A DNA stretch of 64,000 nt, from positions 2,944,001 through 3,008,000 of the forward strand of contig OZ241889.1 of NCBI GenBank assembly GCA_965203355.1. The letters run 5' to 3'. Shown piece by piece: positions 37,895-47,880 of this stretch. Numbering within the stretch: the stretch's first letter is position 1; each line of letters starts with the position of its first letter. This DNA is from Candidatus Latescibacterota bacterium (GTDB lineage: Bacteria; Latescibacterota; UBA2968; UBA8231). The position numbers and the translations under genes are program-made. The notes under the pieces are model-generated. The model was not told the DNA's origin. It worked only from the letters and a program-made list of their open reading frames with translations, and did no database searches.

Positions 37895-39001
37895 CTAAAC
37901 CGGACAAGCGGGAATATCGACCCACCGCCGCTCGGCCGCGGCTTGGAGGATGGAGTCGGCAACGGCCTGCGCCCGCATCCCGTGATAAAACGAGGGGATG
38001 CAATCGCGGCCCTCGCGGATGGCACTGACGAATTCCCAGGCTTGGTCGTAGCGGAAGGTCTGCATCGGGTCGCCAACGGACGGGTCGCGCGGCGCATTGG
38101 GACGCTTGAGGAACTCGGCGGGCACGGGCTGGCTCTGATAAGGTTCGCCGCGGGGCGCGAAGAGCACCTCGTGTGGCGCGTGCAGGCGATAGACGACCGA
38201 AGCATCCTCCCCATTGAACTCGGCTAAGTCGTGGTCGCCCTGCGGGCCGTAGCCCTTGCTCAACTTGCCCATCTCAAAGACGCCCGTAGTGCCGCTTTTG
38301 AATTCGGCGATCCACGCGACCCAATCTTCCACATCCTGTGGTGGGCACGATACACCTTCCTTAGTTCGATCCCTCGGAACCAACTGCTTGGCCGCGCTGC
38401 ACACAGCCTCTATCGGCCCTAGCAGATCCTCGGCAAAATCAATGCGATGAATGCCCATATCGCCCAGTTCACCCGACCCGGCGTAGCACTTGTACTGCCG
38501 CCAGCCAATGGCACACTCTCCCCAGTCTTGCAGGCGCTGGAAACGGGCGTGGCGAATGGGTCCTAAAGCTCCGGTCTGCACCAAGTGGCGGATGTAGTTC
38601 ATGGCCGGCACAAAGCGATAGGTAAACGCCGTCATGTGACGACGCCCTGACGCCTTGCCCTGAGCGTATATTTTTTGAGTTTGGGCAAAGTCCATACCTA
38701 AAGGCTTCTCGCACAGCACGTGGCAGTCGGCGTCTAAGGCTTGGACGATCAATTCGCCGTGATAGACGTTGGGAACGGCAATGCAGACCGCATCCGGGAC
38801 CACCGCATCTAAGAGCGCGTCCAACCGATCAAAAGCGGCCACAATGCCCCACTCCGCTTGCCGCTTTTGCCGCAGCGTCTCGTCTGGCTCGCAGATCCCA
38901 GCAATCTCGACTCCGGGAATCAGCCGCAACCCTGGATAGTGTACCCCCGCACAGACACCGCCGGTACCCACCAGCCCTACGCGCAGTGCATCTTGGTTCA
39001 T
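37895..39001 (-). CDS. Gfo/Idh/MocA oxidoreductase
   Basis: VGLVGTG, HVLCEKP, GELGDMGIH. Confidence 0.93.
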   Translation of the reverse strand: MNQDALRVGLVGTGGVCAGVHYPGLRLIPGVEIAGICEPDETLRQKRQAEWGIVAAFDRLDALLDAVVPDAVCIAVPNVYHGELIVQALDADCHVLCEKPLGMDFAQTQKIYAQGKASGRRHMTAFTYRFVPAMNYIRHLVQTGALGPIRHARFQRLQDWGECAIGWRQYKCYAGSGELGDMGIHRIDFAEDLLGPIEAVCSAAKQLVPRDRTKEGVSCPPQDVEDWVAWIAEFKSGTTGVFEMGKLSKGYGPQGDHDLAEFNGEDASVVYRLHAPHEVLFAPRGEPYQSQPVPAEFLKRPNAPRDPSVGDPMQTFRYDQAWEFVSAIREGRDCIPSFYHGMRAQAVADSILQAAAERRWVDIPACPV

Positions 39002-39921
39002 ACGACCTCTTTCGCTTGCATTTGCATTTCCACCGCGGCTAACTCATCGACGAGCGCGTGTAACCTTGGCAGGTCCTCAGCGGCCACGTCTTCGGCAAAA
39101 GGCACCACCGGCCCTCCAGCCAGCCCGAACCGCTCCATAGCCGTGTGTAGTGCCGAGCCACTATAGCGCGCGCCGCGCTCACCGCGCAGGTCCTCAAACG
39201 GCACCATCTGCCGCCGAATCTCCTCGGCCCCGGCGCGATCCCCGGCCGCAAAGCGCGCTAGGAGCGTCAAGCTCATGCCGGGAACGAAGTTGGCCATCCC
39301 CGAGCTAAATCCAACTGCGCCAGCGGCCATATAGTCGATACAGGGTTCCTCGGCCATCCCGCAAACCATGGCGGCGGCGTCCCCAGCACCAGCGACAATC
39401 CGCTGGAATGCCTCTAAATCGTCAACGGCGTACTTGAGCCCCACCACTTCGTCTAGCTGACATAGTGCCACTACTTGATCAACCGGCATAATATCCAGAC
39501 GGCGCTGATACAGAATCGCGGGCAACTGAGTCTTCTCGGCCAGCTCGCGCAGGCCAGCGGCAACGCCCCCGGCCGAGGCTGGCCCAACAATGGGCATAAT
39601 CATCACCCCGGCGACGCCCAGAGAGCGGGCGATCCGTCCCATTTCGAGGGCCCGCCCATACCCCGGCCCGATCCCGGGCACCACCAGCGCCTCTTTGGCG
39701 GCCGCTTCCACAAAGGCCCCAACGACCGCTTCGTATTCGTCTAAGGTCATATCGTACACCAACCCCGTGCCGCACGCTGGCATGATAAAATCAACGCCTC
39801 GCTCGCAGAGGAACCGCACATTGCGATCAATGCCCGCCAAGTCAATGCCCCGTGCCGCGTCGCGAGGTGTAATCGCCACAACTAGCACGTTGTGGCCGTG
39901 TTCTTGTTGCAACATCTGCAT
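38998..39921 (-). CDS. DHDPS-family protein, KdgD (5-dehydro-4-deoxyglucarate dehydratase)-like
   Basis: ITP, CGTG, ILYQR, GLKYA, GFSSG.ANF.P. Confidence 0.82.
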   Translation of the reverse strand: MQMLQQEHGHNVLVVAITPRDAARGIDLAGIDRNVRFLCERGVDFIMPACGTGLVYDMTLDEYEAVVGAFVEAAAKEALVVPGIGPGYGRALEMGRIARSLGVAGVMIMPIVGPASAGGVAAGLRELAEKTQLPAILYQRRLDIMPVDQVVALCQLDEVVGLKYAVDDLEAFQRIVAGAGDAAAMVCGMAEEPCIDYMAAGAVGFSSGMANFVPGMSLTLLARFAAGDRAGAEEIRRQMVPFEDLRGERGARYSGSALHTAMERFGLAGGPVVPFAEDVAAEDLPRLHALVDELAAVEMQMQAKEVV

Positions 39922-39939
39922 AGAATTCTCTCTTGTCTG

Positions 39940-40311
39940 CTAGGCCCAGATGGTCTCGGTAGAAGTTGTGGCGTGTTTGTTGTAGTGCGCCAGATAGTCC
40001 TCGCGCGGCGGACTGAAGATGTCGAGGATTCGGGCCGGCCCCGCTTCGACGAGGCCCCAGTGGACCGTGTTCGGCGGAATCAAAAAGGCGTCGCCCGGGC
40101 CGGTGACGCGCTCCTCGGACCCAATGCGAAAGCGGAAACGCCCAGCCAGCACCAAACCGGCCTGCTCGTGCGGGTGGCTGTGCTCGGGCACTTCGCAGCC
40201 TTCTTCCAGGTCCAAAAACGAAAGCATCAGCCGCTCGCCAGCCACCAAGCCGCTGTTGATTTGGGGAAAAAGCTCTACAGCCGCAAGTTCGGCAGGATTG
40301 ATAAAGGGCAT
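39940..40311 (-). CDS. Cupin domain protein
   Basis: HSHPHEQ...IPPNTVH...LDIFSPPREDY. Confidence 0.93.
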   Translation of the reverse strand: MPFINPAELAAVELFPQINSGLVAGERLMLSFLDLEEGCEVPEHSHPHEQAGLVLAGRFRFRIGSEERVTGPGDAFLIPPNTVHWGLVEAGPARILDIFSPPREDYLAHYNKHATTSTETIWA

Positions 40312-40320
40312 AGTCTCCTC

Positions 40321-41652
40321 CTATTCGACAAAGCTCCGCAACCAAGCATCGCCGCGATAGCGCGGCCACAGCGTAACAAATCGGCCGACCATTAGGCCGC
40401 TGTAGGCCATCCACGCACCGGCCAATTCCCAATCCAACCAGTATATAAAAACCAACACCCCAGGCAAAAACACCCCAAAGGTGGCCAGCACCATCGCCTT
40501 GAACAGATACCCCATATCGCTAGCGCCGATGAAAATTCCATCCAAGACGAAGACCACGGCGTTCAGCGGTTGGAGCAGCGCGATGAGTACGCAAAGTGCG
40601 CCGACCTGTTGTACAACTTCCCGATGCGGAGTAAACAGCGCGGCAATAGGCTCCAAGGCCAAAAAGTACGCCGCGCCAAACCCCGCTCCTAGCCCCAATC
40701 CCCAGCCCATGATCCGCCGAGCGAACTGCCGGGCCTCGGCAAAAAGCTGTGCTCCTAGGCAGCGGCCAACCAGCGTCTCGGCGGCGTGGGCAAAACCGTC
40801 CACGGCAAAGCTGGTCAACCCCCAGACCTGCAAAATTACGGCGTTGGCCGCCAGCGGTGCTTCGCCCATCCGCGAGACCATGCCGAGCGTGAAGAAACTG
40901 GCAAATTGCAGACAGAAGGTGCGTCCGAAGAGGAAGGCGTTGGTCTGCATCAAGCGCTTCATCGCCCGCAGGTCCCAAAGCCTTGTAGGCCACTCCCGTA
41001 GATAGGATCGGTAGCGGGAGACCAACCAAAAAACCCCGGTGGCCAGCGCCGCCGCATTGCCCAGCACGGAAGCCCAAGCCGCCCCTTCGACGCCCAGCTT
41101 GGGAGCACCCAATTGGCCGTAAATAAGCGCGTAGTCCGCGCCGATGTTGACCAAGTTGGCGACGGTCGTAACCCAAAGGGGGGCTATGACATTGGCGGTG
41201 CCGAGGAAAAAGCCATTGAGCGTCATAACGCTCAGTGCCAAGGGTGCTTCCCATACTCGGATGGCGAAGTATCGCATACCCCAGTGCTGAACTTGGGCAG
41301 ACCCACCGGCCAACTCGAACCCAAGCCGACTGATCCAGCCACTGGCCGCCACGGTCCCCATGCCGAGGCAGACAGCCACAATAAGCGAGCGGTAGAGTAC
41401 TCCTGCGCTCTGCCGTCGATCCCCCGCCCCACTGTACTGGGCCACCAGTGCCGTGGTCCCCATCCGCAGAAAGGCCAAGCTCCAGAATATGCCATTGAAG
41501 ATCAAACTCGCCGTAGAGACCGCGCCCATAAAGGCCACTTCTGGCAAATGGCCGATCAGCGCGGTGTCGGCAATGCCGATCAGCGGTGTCGATAGGGCCG
41601 CGAGGATATTGGGGATGGCGAGGCCAAAAATCCGGCGGTCGAGTGAATTCAA
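40321..41652 (-). CDS. MATE efflux transporter (DinF-like)
   Basis: PLIGIADTALIGH, FLRMGTT, N..N..D, DGFAHAAE; about 12 TM helices. Confidence 0.93.
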   Translation of the reverse strand: MNSLDRRIFGLAIPNILAALSTPLIGIADTALIGHLPEVAFMGAVSTASLIFNGIFWSLAFLRMGTTALVAQYSGAGDRRQSAGVLYRSLIVAVCLGMGTVAASGWISRLGFELAGGSAQVQHWGMRYFAIRVWEAPLALSVMTLNGFFLGTANVIAPLWVTTVANLVNIGADYALIYGQLGAPKLGVEGAAWASVLGNAAALATGVFWLVSRYRSYLREWPTRLWDLRAMKRLMQTNAFLFGRTFCLQFASFFTLGMVSRMGEAPLAANAVILQVWGLTSFAVDGFAHAAETLVGRCLGAQLFAEARQFARRIMGWGLGLGAGFGAAYFLALEPIAALFTPHREVVQQVGALCVLIALLQPLNAVVFVLDGIFIGASDMGYLFKAMVLATFGVFLPGVLVFIYWLDWELAGAWMAYSGLMVGRFVTLWPRYRGDAWLRSFVE

Positions 41653-41987
41653 TCCTCCGCCTCAGGGCACCAGCCAAACCGTTTCAGGTCGATGCGTTGT
41701 GCCGTAAAAACGACGCCTTCGCCGGCCAAAAGCTCGTATTGCAACAGATGACTGCTGCCGCTGCGCGGCGAGACCTTGCCGTGGGCGTTGATGATGCGGT
41801 GCCAAGGTAGGTCCCATTCCTCGGGCATACCCGACAAGGCGAACCCAACCTGCCGCGCACGCCCCGGGTAACCGGCCAAAGTGGCAATCTGCCCGTAGGT
41901 AGCTACCTTGCCGTGGGGCACGCAGGCGATGGTTTCGTAGAACGCCCGGCGCATGGAGCTTTCAGCCGTTGGGAGCCTCGGCCTCAT
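41649..41987 (-). CDS. Alkyltransferase-like protein (ATL, MGMT family)
   Basis: GKVATYGQIA...ARQVG...PWHRII (Trp in place of the catalytic Cys); alternative start 41954. Confidence 0.92.
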   Translation of the reverse strand: MRPRLPTAESSMRRAFYETIACVPHGKVATYGQIATLAGYPGRARQVGFALSGMPEEWDLPWHRIINAHGKVSPRSGSSHLLQYELLAGEGVVFTAQRIDLKRFGWCPEAED

Positions 41988-42186
41988 CGCGCCCTTCCAA
42001 CAGATCGAGGGCCTTGGCGTAACTGCGCTTTTTCAAGTAGTGGCGCAACATCGACGGGGCTTCGTTGCCCAGCTTTTGGCTGAGTTCGTCAAGCTGCCGC
42101 AGATGCGCGGCAATTGACTCGCCCTCGCGGTTGTCGATAGCCGCCATCAGCGCTTGTAGTTCGGTGTGCAATTGGTCTAGTGCCAT
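41962..42186 (-). CDS. Small hypothetical helical protein
   Basis: 74 aa, tightly packed in the operon; LRHYLKKRSYAKAL segment. Confidence 0.75.
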   Translation of the reverse strand: MALDQLHTELQALMAAIDNREGESIAAHLRQLDELSQKLGNEAPSMLRHYLKKRSYAKALDLLEGRDEAEAPNG

Positions 42187-42189
42187 GGC

Positions 42190-42921
42190 TCAAGCCGCCA
42201 TAATAAGATAGGAAAGCCACTCGGCCTGCGGATTGCGAATCGCGTAGCGCGTACCCGGTGGCAGGTGGATCATATCCCCTTCCCGAATCTCCTGCGCGTC
42301 GCCATCCGCTGCCAAAACGCCGCTGTTTTCCAGCACGTAATAGACCTGCTCCAGTTCCTCATAGCACCGCTCAACCGCCTGTCCACGCGGCTGTACTGCC
42401 TCCCGATCAACACAGCGCAATCCCCGTGTAAAACCCACCGCCTCCTCACCAACTAAACCGAGTTGGTGCCAGCGCACCGCGCCCGCACCGTCGCTCATCG
42501 CCGGCACATCGCGCCAGTTGCGGATGGCAAACTCGCCGCCGTTAGCCGCGATCTTTTGGCTGATCACGTGGTGTTCGAGCCAGTCCTCGCTCGTGTCGTT
42601 AAACATCTGGTGATGGATGCCCGACGGCAGGTACACGGCGTCGCCCTCCTGCACGGGAAAGCGCTCTTTATCAAAAAGAACGTGGCCGCGGCCCGAGAGC
42701 ACGTAGTACACCTGTTCGAGGTTTTCGTGCTTGTGGTAATCCGAATTCTTGCGGCCTTGGAGGGCATGACGGGCAAAGCCTTGGAGGCACTCCAAGCGCT
42801 GGCGCGGATCCGGGGCGTCGCCGCCGTCGCGGTCGCGCAACCCGCCCCAATGCACGGCACTCAGGTGGGCTATGTTGGGTTGGACATCGCGCCAGTTAAT
42901 GATGTACACCATCTCTAGCAT
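42190..42921 (-). CDS. Bicupin protein
   Basis: Two cupin repeats (HKHENLEQVYY...PSGIHH; EQVYY...PPGTRY, the second lacking the His ligands); start may be 42912. Confidence 0.88.
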   Translation of the reverse strand: MLEMVYIINWRDVQPNIAHLSAVHWGGLRDRDGGDAPDPRQRLECLQGFARHALQGRKNSDYHKHENLEQVYYVLSGRGHVLFDKERFPVQEGDAVYLPSGIHHQMFNDTSEDWLEHHVISQKIAANGGEFAIRNWRDVPAMSDGAGAVRWHQLGLVGEEAVGFTRGLRCVDREAVQPRGQAVERCYEELEQVYYVLENSGVLAADGDAQEIREGDMIHLPPGTRYAIRNPQAEWLSYLIMAA

Positions 42922-42932
42922 TCCTCCTATGT

Positions 42933-43724
42933 TTACAAAGCGACAATTTGGCGCATACGCGCCCCGAGATCAATGAGTTCCTCGCGGCTGCCGCCCACCT
43001 CGTGGATCAGCGTCGAATCGTACCCTACGGCCCTTAACTCGGCCATCACTGTCGGCCAGTCTGTATCCCCTTCGAGCAGGTTGACGAAGCGGTGCTCGCT
43101 GCGGCGAAAATCCTTGAAATGGACCTTCTTGATACGCGGCCCCAACTCGCGGATCCAGTGCTCGGGATAGCCATAGGCCATCATGTTGGCCGTGTCGAGG
43201 TAGATCCCCACCCACTCGCTGCCGATTTCATCGACGAAAAGCCGAGCTTCGCACGGACTGAGCAGGAACTTGTTCCAGACATTTTCCAAGCCAATGGCCG
43301 CGCCCATTTCCTCGGCCAAGGGGGCCGTGTCAATTAGCGCGTCCCGCAACCCATCCCAAGCCTGCTGATAGGTCCCCTCAACCGCTAGCTGGCCCGGATG
43401 CAACAGCACGCCATCGACCGACAGCGCACCGGCGATCTCGAGCGAGCGCCGCAAGCCCTTGAGGCACCGCTCGCGCTCGCTGGCATCGCGGCTGAGCAGG
43501 TTGCCGCGCTCGGGATACCAGACGATGACGCTGCCGATTTCAACGCCAGCATCCTCGCACTGCCGCCCGACCTGTGCGATTTCGTCGGCGCTCATACCCG
43601 GCTCCAAGTCCTTGCCCTCGGCAAAGACCAACTCCACGGTTTGGTAGCCAGCGTCCTCGCACAACCTCAGCGTGTCTGCCAGCGACATATTCCCCAAAAT
43701 GATCTGCGTGATTCCTATTCTCAT
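42933..43724 (-). CDS. Sugar phosphate isomerase/epimerase (xylose-isomerase-like TIM barrel)
   Basis: LENVWNKFL, LDTAN, VHFKD. Confidence 0.92.
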   Translation of the reverse strand: MRIGITQIILGNMSLADTLRLCEDAGYQTVELVFAEGKDLEPGMSADEIAQVGRQCEDAGVEIGSVIVWYPERGNLLSRDASERERCLKGLRRSLEIAGALSVDGVLLHPGQLAVEGTYQQAWDGLRDALIDTAPLAEEMGAAIGLENVWNKFLLSPCEARLFVDEIGSEWVGIYLDTANMMAYGYPEHWIRELGPRIKKVHFKDFRRSEHRFVNLLEGDTDWPTVMAELRAVGYDSTLIHEVGGSREELIDLGARMRQIVAL

Positions 43725-43856
43725 AGCACCCCTCTATTGAATGTATCTAACGCGCTCAGTATGTTATGGGCCGTCGCATTCGGCCCGCGATTCGTTTTGC
43801 GCCGCCTGCTTTGGTCGGCGGTTAGGATATTTTACCCCTTTAACAAGGAGAACAAA

Positions 43857-44750
43857 ATGGCTCAAAGAAAAATCGGCTTTGTCGGCGTCGGGCGCATGGG
43901 AGCCAACATGGCCCGCAACCTGGCGGACAAAGGCTTCAACATCGCGGCTGTATTCGACGCCAACGGCCGTGCAGTCCGCAGCCTAGCCAAAGAGCTTGAT
44001 TGCGCCGCTGCCAAAACGCTAGCCGAAGTTACGGCCCTTTCCGACGTGGTCATCACCGTAGTAACCGACGATGCGGCCATGCGTTCGATCTTCTCCACGG
44101 CCGGCGATTCGCTGCTGACCGACGCCAAAGGCACGACCTTTATCAACTGCGCCACCATCTCGCCAGCGGTCCACGTCGAGGTCGAAGCGCGTGCCGCAGC
44201 AGTCGGAGCTTCCTCGCTCGAAGGCTGCATGGCCTCCAGCATCACCCAAGCGCGCCAAGGCACGCTGTACCTGATGTGCGGCGGCAAGCGCAGCGTCTTC
44301 AACCGCGTCCGGCCCATTCTCGAGGCCCTGAGCGTCGATCTGCGCTACATCGGCCCGGCCGGCCAAGCCGCCCAAGTCAAGGCCCTCGTCAACATGGTCA
44401 TGAACATCAACACCGCTGGGCTAGCCGAAGGACTCGGCTTGGGCGCGGCACTCGGCTTGGATCTGGAGATGCTAATGAAGGTCTTCTCCCAGACCGGGGC
44501 CAACTCGCGGGTTTTAGAAACCGACGGCGAGGACATGACCATCCGCGACCACGAGTGCTATTTCTCCGCGGACCACGCGGCCAAGGACGCTGGCATCGCC
44601 CTCGCTCTCGCCCGCCAAAATAAACTCAGTCTGCCGCTGGCGGAGGCAACCAAGTGCCAGTACGACAAAATGAAAAAACTGGGCCTCGGCGACCTCGACA
44701 AATCAGGCATTGCCGAGCTGACCTTTCCCGGCCGCAAAGGTGCCAAGTAG
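43857..44750 (+). CDS. Beta-hydroxyacid dehydrogenase family (3-hydroxyisobutyrate dehydrogenase-like)
   Basis: IGFVGVGRMGANMA, VKALVN, KD; ATG 43857 after AAGGAG. Confidence 0.92.
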   Translation: MAQRKIGFVGVGRMGANMARNLADKGFNIAAVFDANGRAVRSLAKELDCAAAKTLAEVTALSDVVITVVTDDAAMRSIFSTAGDSLLTDAKGTTFINCATISPAVHVEVEARAAAVGASSLEGCMASSITQARQGTLYLMCGGKRSVFNRVRPILEALSVDLRYIGPAGQAAQVKALVNMVMNINTAGLAEGLGLGAALGLDLEMLMKVFSQTGANSRVLETDGEDMTIRDHECYFSADHAAKDAGIALALARQNKLSLPLAEATKCQYDKMKKLGLGDLDKSGIAELTFPGRKGAK

Positions 44751-44762
44751 TAGCTATTTTTC

Positions 44763-44792
44763 GGGGCCGGTCTGCGGTGACCGGCCTCTTTT
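44763..44792 (+). terminator. Rho-independent terminator
   Basis: GGCCGGTC-tgcggt-GACCGGCC-TCTTTT. Confidence 0.7.
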
Positions 44793-44816
44793 CCCGCTAG
44801 ATCCGCCCCCATCGCC

Positions 44817-45845
44817 TCACTCCAACCGCGTGGCGAGCCATTCGACGGCCGCTTGCCGCCGCGCCTGCGGCGTGTCTGCGTTGGCTGGCAAGCGGTGCAA
44901 TGCCCAAGCGATTTCGTGCGTCAAGGTTTCGCCCACCTGCAAATAGACCCAAGGGCTTAACAGCTCTAGCTCGGTGTAATCTGGACAGGTATAGACCTCA
45001 GCACTCAAGCCCCCGTCCGGGTAGTGCTGGGTCCCATCGCGGCGAAAAAACTCAGCCATAACCACGTCGCCGACAATACCAGCCAGCCAGCGATCCGAGT
45101 CGGCTCCGGTCTTCTGCGCTTCTTCTGGGTCGGGCACAAAAATGCCTAGGTCGCCCTCGATAGTGAAGTTGCGCAGGGCCGCGCCCTCGGCAAAGCCAAA
45201 GGGATGATAGCGCAGATCAAAATGACTGTGCGGATTGAGCGGATAAAGGGTCTGCTCAGGCGACCGGATCTGGGTGACATTCCAAATGGTGTAGCGCAAC
45301 GGCTCAACCTTGGCGTCGGCCAGCTTTTCGATGCGCTGGTGAATTTTCACGTGCGTACCCCGTTTTGCCAAGCGGATTTCGCGTACGCTACGCGCCCCAT
45401 TGTACTCGCTCACCGGACTGGTGATCACCACCCCTTCGGGCAGCAGCCCAACCTCGTGTACCGCGCCGTCAAAAGCCGGGTCGGGCGGCCAAGAGTAGCC
45501 GTTGATTTTGGCAAACTCGCTCTGCTGGTTGGGCCAGACCTTGTCGCCGCCGAAATTGGTCCACACGTACTGGCCTTTTTCATCGACCTTGGGTTGACCA
45601 TCGGGCAGTACCTCGCCGTGTAGATCGGGATCGGACCAGAGGATGTTTTCGCCGCCGACCAATCCGTAGTACATGATGCGACCAATGGCCGGCACCACGA
45701 CTACGCGCACGTCGGGATTGGCAATTTCAATCGAATTTGCCCAGCCTTCGTACTCGATTTCCTCGACTGTAACTTGGGCCATGGCCGGCAGGGCCAGCAC
45801 CGCCAACATAAAGCACTGTAACAATTTCATCGTATGCGTCCTCAT
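44817..45845 (-). CDS. Exported galactose-mutarotase-like protein (DUF4380-like)
   Basis: Signal peptide AMA|Q; VVPAIGRIM, NFGGDKVWP, ELELLSP; start 45845 (ATGA overlap) or 45830. Confidence 0.72.
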   Translation of the reverse strand: MRTHTMKLLQCFMLAVLALPAMAQVTVEEIEYEGWANSIEIANPDVRVVVVPAIGRIMYYGLVGGENILWSDPDLHGEVLPDGQPKVDEKGQYVWTNFGGDKVWPNQQSEFAKINGYSWPPDPAFDGAVHEVGLLPEGVVITSPVSEYNGARSVREIRLAKRGTHVKIHQRIEKLADAKVEPLRYTIWNVTQIRSPEQTLYPLNPHSHFDLRYHPFGFAEGAALRNFTIEGDLGIFVPDPEEAQKTGADSDRWLAGIVGDVVMAEFFRRDGTQHYPDGGLSAEVYTCPDYTELELLSPWVYLQVGETLTHEIAWALHRLPANADTPQARRQAAVEWLATRLE

Positions 45846-46972
45846 CTGAGCGCCGAAACGCCGCCGCCTTTGAGGGCCCGGGCGACTTCCTTTTCGACGT
45901 CGTCTCGCGTGACCATGGTAGTATCGCCGATGCACTCCTGCACTAGGATGCCGTGGGCGGCTCCCCACTGCACGGCGTCGCTGGCTCCTCGGCCATTGAG
46001 CAGGGCCGCGATCACGCCCGAGGCAAAGGAGTCGCCACCGCCGGTGCGATCGGCGATTTCAATGTTTTCGCGCACGGCAGCTTGGTATATTTCGCCCTCC
46101 TCGACATCGAAGAGCACCGCGCCCCAGTTGATGCGGTCCGCCGTCAGCGCACCGCGCAACTGCGTGCCGATGTACTTGAGGTTCGGATAGTCGTTGGCGA
46201 CTTGGTGCAGCATCTTGGTGTAGATCGCCAACCACTGATCGAAGCTGGCGTCTTGGGCCACTTTTTCGGTTTCGTAGCCCAGCGCGTCGTCAAAATCGTC
46301 TTGATTGCCAACGAGGAACTCAACGTGCGGCACAATAGCGCGATTGATCTGGCGGGCGCGCTCTTTGTCCGGCTCCACCTTAGAGCGGTAGTTGAGATCA
46401 AAGGAGCGGCCAGCACCGTGCTCGCCGGCCTTCTGCATACCCTCTAGCGCCAAGGCGGCCGTCTTCTCCGAGAGCAAGGTGTAAATCCCGCCAGTGCTAA
46501 ACCACCGCGTCCCCACCGCGCCGAACAGATGATCCCAGTCCACATCGCCCGGCCCGATTTCTCGCACCGGGGTATGGGCGCGATAATATTCGGTCACCGA
46601 AGGCAAAAGGCCCTTGCCAGCCCAAGTGAAGTTGATCCCATTGTGCAAGGTTCCCTTGGCGTCCGTGCTGAACGGGCCCTTGCCGCTGTTGTCGAACCAG
46701 ATGATATGCCCGGTGTCGATCCCGGCTTCGCGCAGTTGGTTTTCAATGTTGCGGCCAATTCCATCATCGACGAGAGCCGTGATGACGGCGGCGCGCAAGC
46801 CAAAGCAATAGCTTAAGCCCTCGGCGACATTGGTCTCGCCGCCCCCGTGCCAGATCCGGGCCGTGCGCGCCCGGGCCGTGGGCACTTGGCCGGGATCAAT
46901 GCGCATGAGGACTTCGCCTAGGGCGATGGCGTCGTAGCGGGTTTGGTCTGCTGATTTAAGCTGCATACTCAT
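45842..46972 (-). CDS. PfkB sugar kinase, KdgK-like
   Basis: LGEVLMR, GGGETNVA, SFDLNYR, DRTGGGDSF. Confidence 0.9.
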   Translation of the reverse strand: MSMQLKSADQTRYDAIALGEVLMRIDPGQVPTARARTARIWHGGGETNVAEGLSYCFGLRAAVITALVDDGIGRNIENQLREAGIDTGHIIWFDNSGKGPFSTDAKGTLHNGINFTWAGKGLLPSVTEYYRAHTPVREIGPGDVDWDHLFGAVGTRWFSTGGIYTLLSEKTAALALEGMQKAGEHGAGRSFDLNYRSKVEPDKERARQINRAIVPHVEFLVGNQDDFDDALGYETEKVAQDASFDQWLAIYTKMLHQVANDYPNLKYIGTQLRGALTADRINWGAVLFDVEEGEIYQAAVRENIEIADRTGGGDSFASGVIAALLNGRGASDAVQWGAAHGILVQECIGDTTMVTRDDVEKEVARALKGGGVSALR

Positions 46973-47012
46973 GGAACTGTCTTCCTCCTTGATTTATGTA
47001 AGGTTTTCTCGG

Positions 47013-47879
47013 TCATAGCGGCACTCGCACTCGGCTCTTTCTCGCCAGAGACTTCTCCAGCGCCTCTAACACGGCCACCGGCCCCAGCATAGTCTGCGCG
47101 GTCTCGTCGGTTTTGCCCGTGCGAAACATGGCGCAAAAATCGCGGACGCCGCTCAGATACGAGCTCTCGTCAAATGAGATCGGCTCGTCCATGCGGCCCT
47201 TTTCGCCGATGGCACTCAGATGGAAACCAGGTGAAGCCCCTCCCACCAAGTTCAGGGTGGCCACGCAGCCATCGCGGTATGTGAGGGTGGCCGTGTGGTT
47301 GGCACCAGCCCCGCGATGTATCTCGGCCCAGCGTATATCCGCACCGAGCAGGCGCAGCACCATATCCACTTGGTGAATGCCGTAAAAAAAGACGCCACCC
47401 CACCTCGATTTGATGTCGCAAGGCCCAGTGGCGACCACGGCCTGAATGGCACCGAGATTGCGCATCTCCTTGGCAAAAGCCCTATACGAAGCCTGTTTGG
47501 GCAGCGTCGAAAAAGAGCAAACCGGCACACCCAACTCCTCGGCCCGCGCCAAAAAACCCTTCCCCTCGGCCAAACGGTAGCAAAACGGCTTGTCGATAAA
47601 AAGTGGGATTTTGGCCTCCAACAGCGGTCGGGCTGCTGGCAGATGTTCCTTGCCGTGGCGGTGATCGACCACCGCCGCATCCACTTGGCCGATCAACGCT
47701 TCGGGGGCGCGAACAATGTGCGGGATTTGACCGGCGGCCGCAGCCGTTTGCGCGTATTGGGCGGTCTCGCCCCACACGTGGGTCACCCGCACCCCGCGCA
47801 CCCTTTTTTCGACGTTGAGCACTTGGGCGATAGCGGCCGCGTGGCTGTTTTCCGCCCCGACGATACCGATGTTGAGCAT
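47013..47879 (-). CDS. Gfo/Idh/MocA oxidoreductase
   Basis: IGIVGAENSHA, FIDKP, FYGIH. Confidence 0.88.
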   Translation of the reverse strand: MLNIGIVGAENSHAAAIAQVLNVEKRVRGVRVTHVWGETAQYAQTAAAAGQIPHIVRAPEALIGQVDAAVVDHRHGKEHLPAARPLLEAKIPLFIDKPFCYRLAEGKGFLARAEELGVPVCSFSTLPKQASYRAFAKEMRNLGAIQAVVATGPCDIKSRWGGVFFYGIHQVDMVLRLLGADIRWAEIHRGAGANHTATLTYRDGCVATLNLVGGASPGFHLSAIGEKGRMDEPISFDESSYLSGVRDFCAMFRTGKTDETAQTMLGPVAVLEALEKSLARKSRVRVPL

Positions 47880-47880
47880 C

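Noticed and set aside
40520-41677. 385-aa alternative-frame ORF over the MATE gene
   Set aside because: Arg/Gly-rich GC-bias artefact in a second frame of a well-supported gene
41649-41987. Inactive MGMT (Cys to Trp) as a novelty
   Set aside because: PWHR is the established signature of ATL proteins
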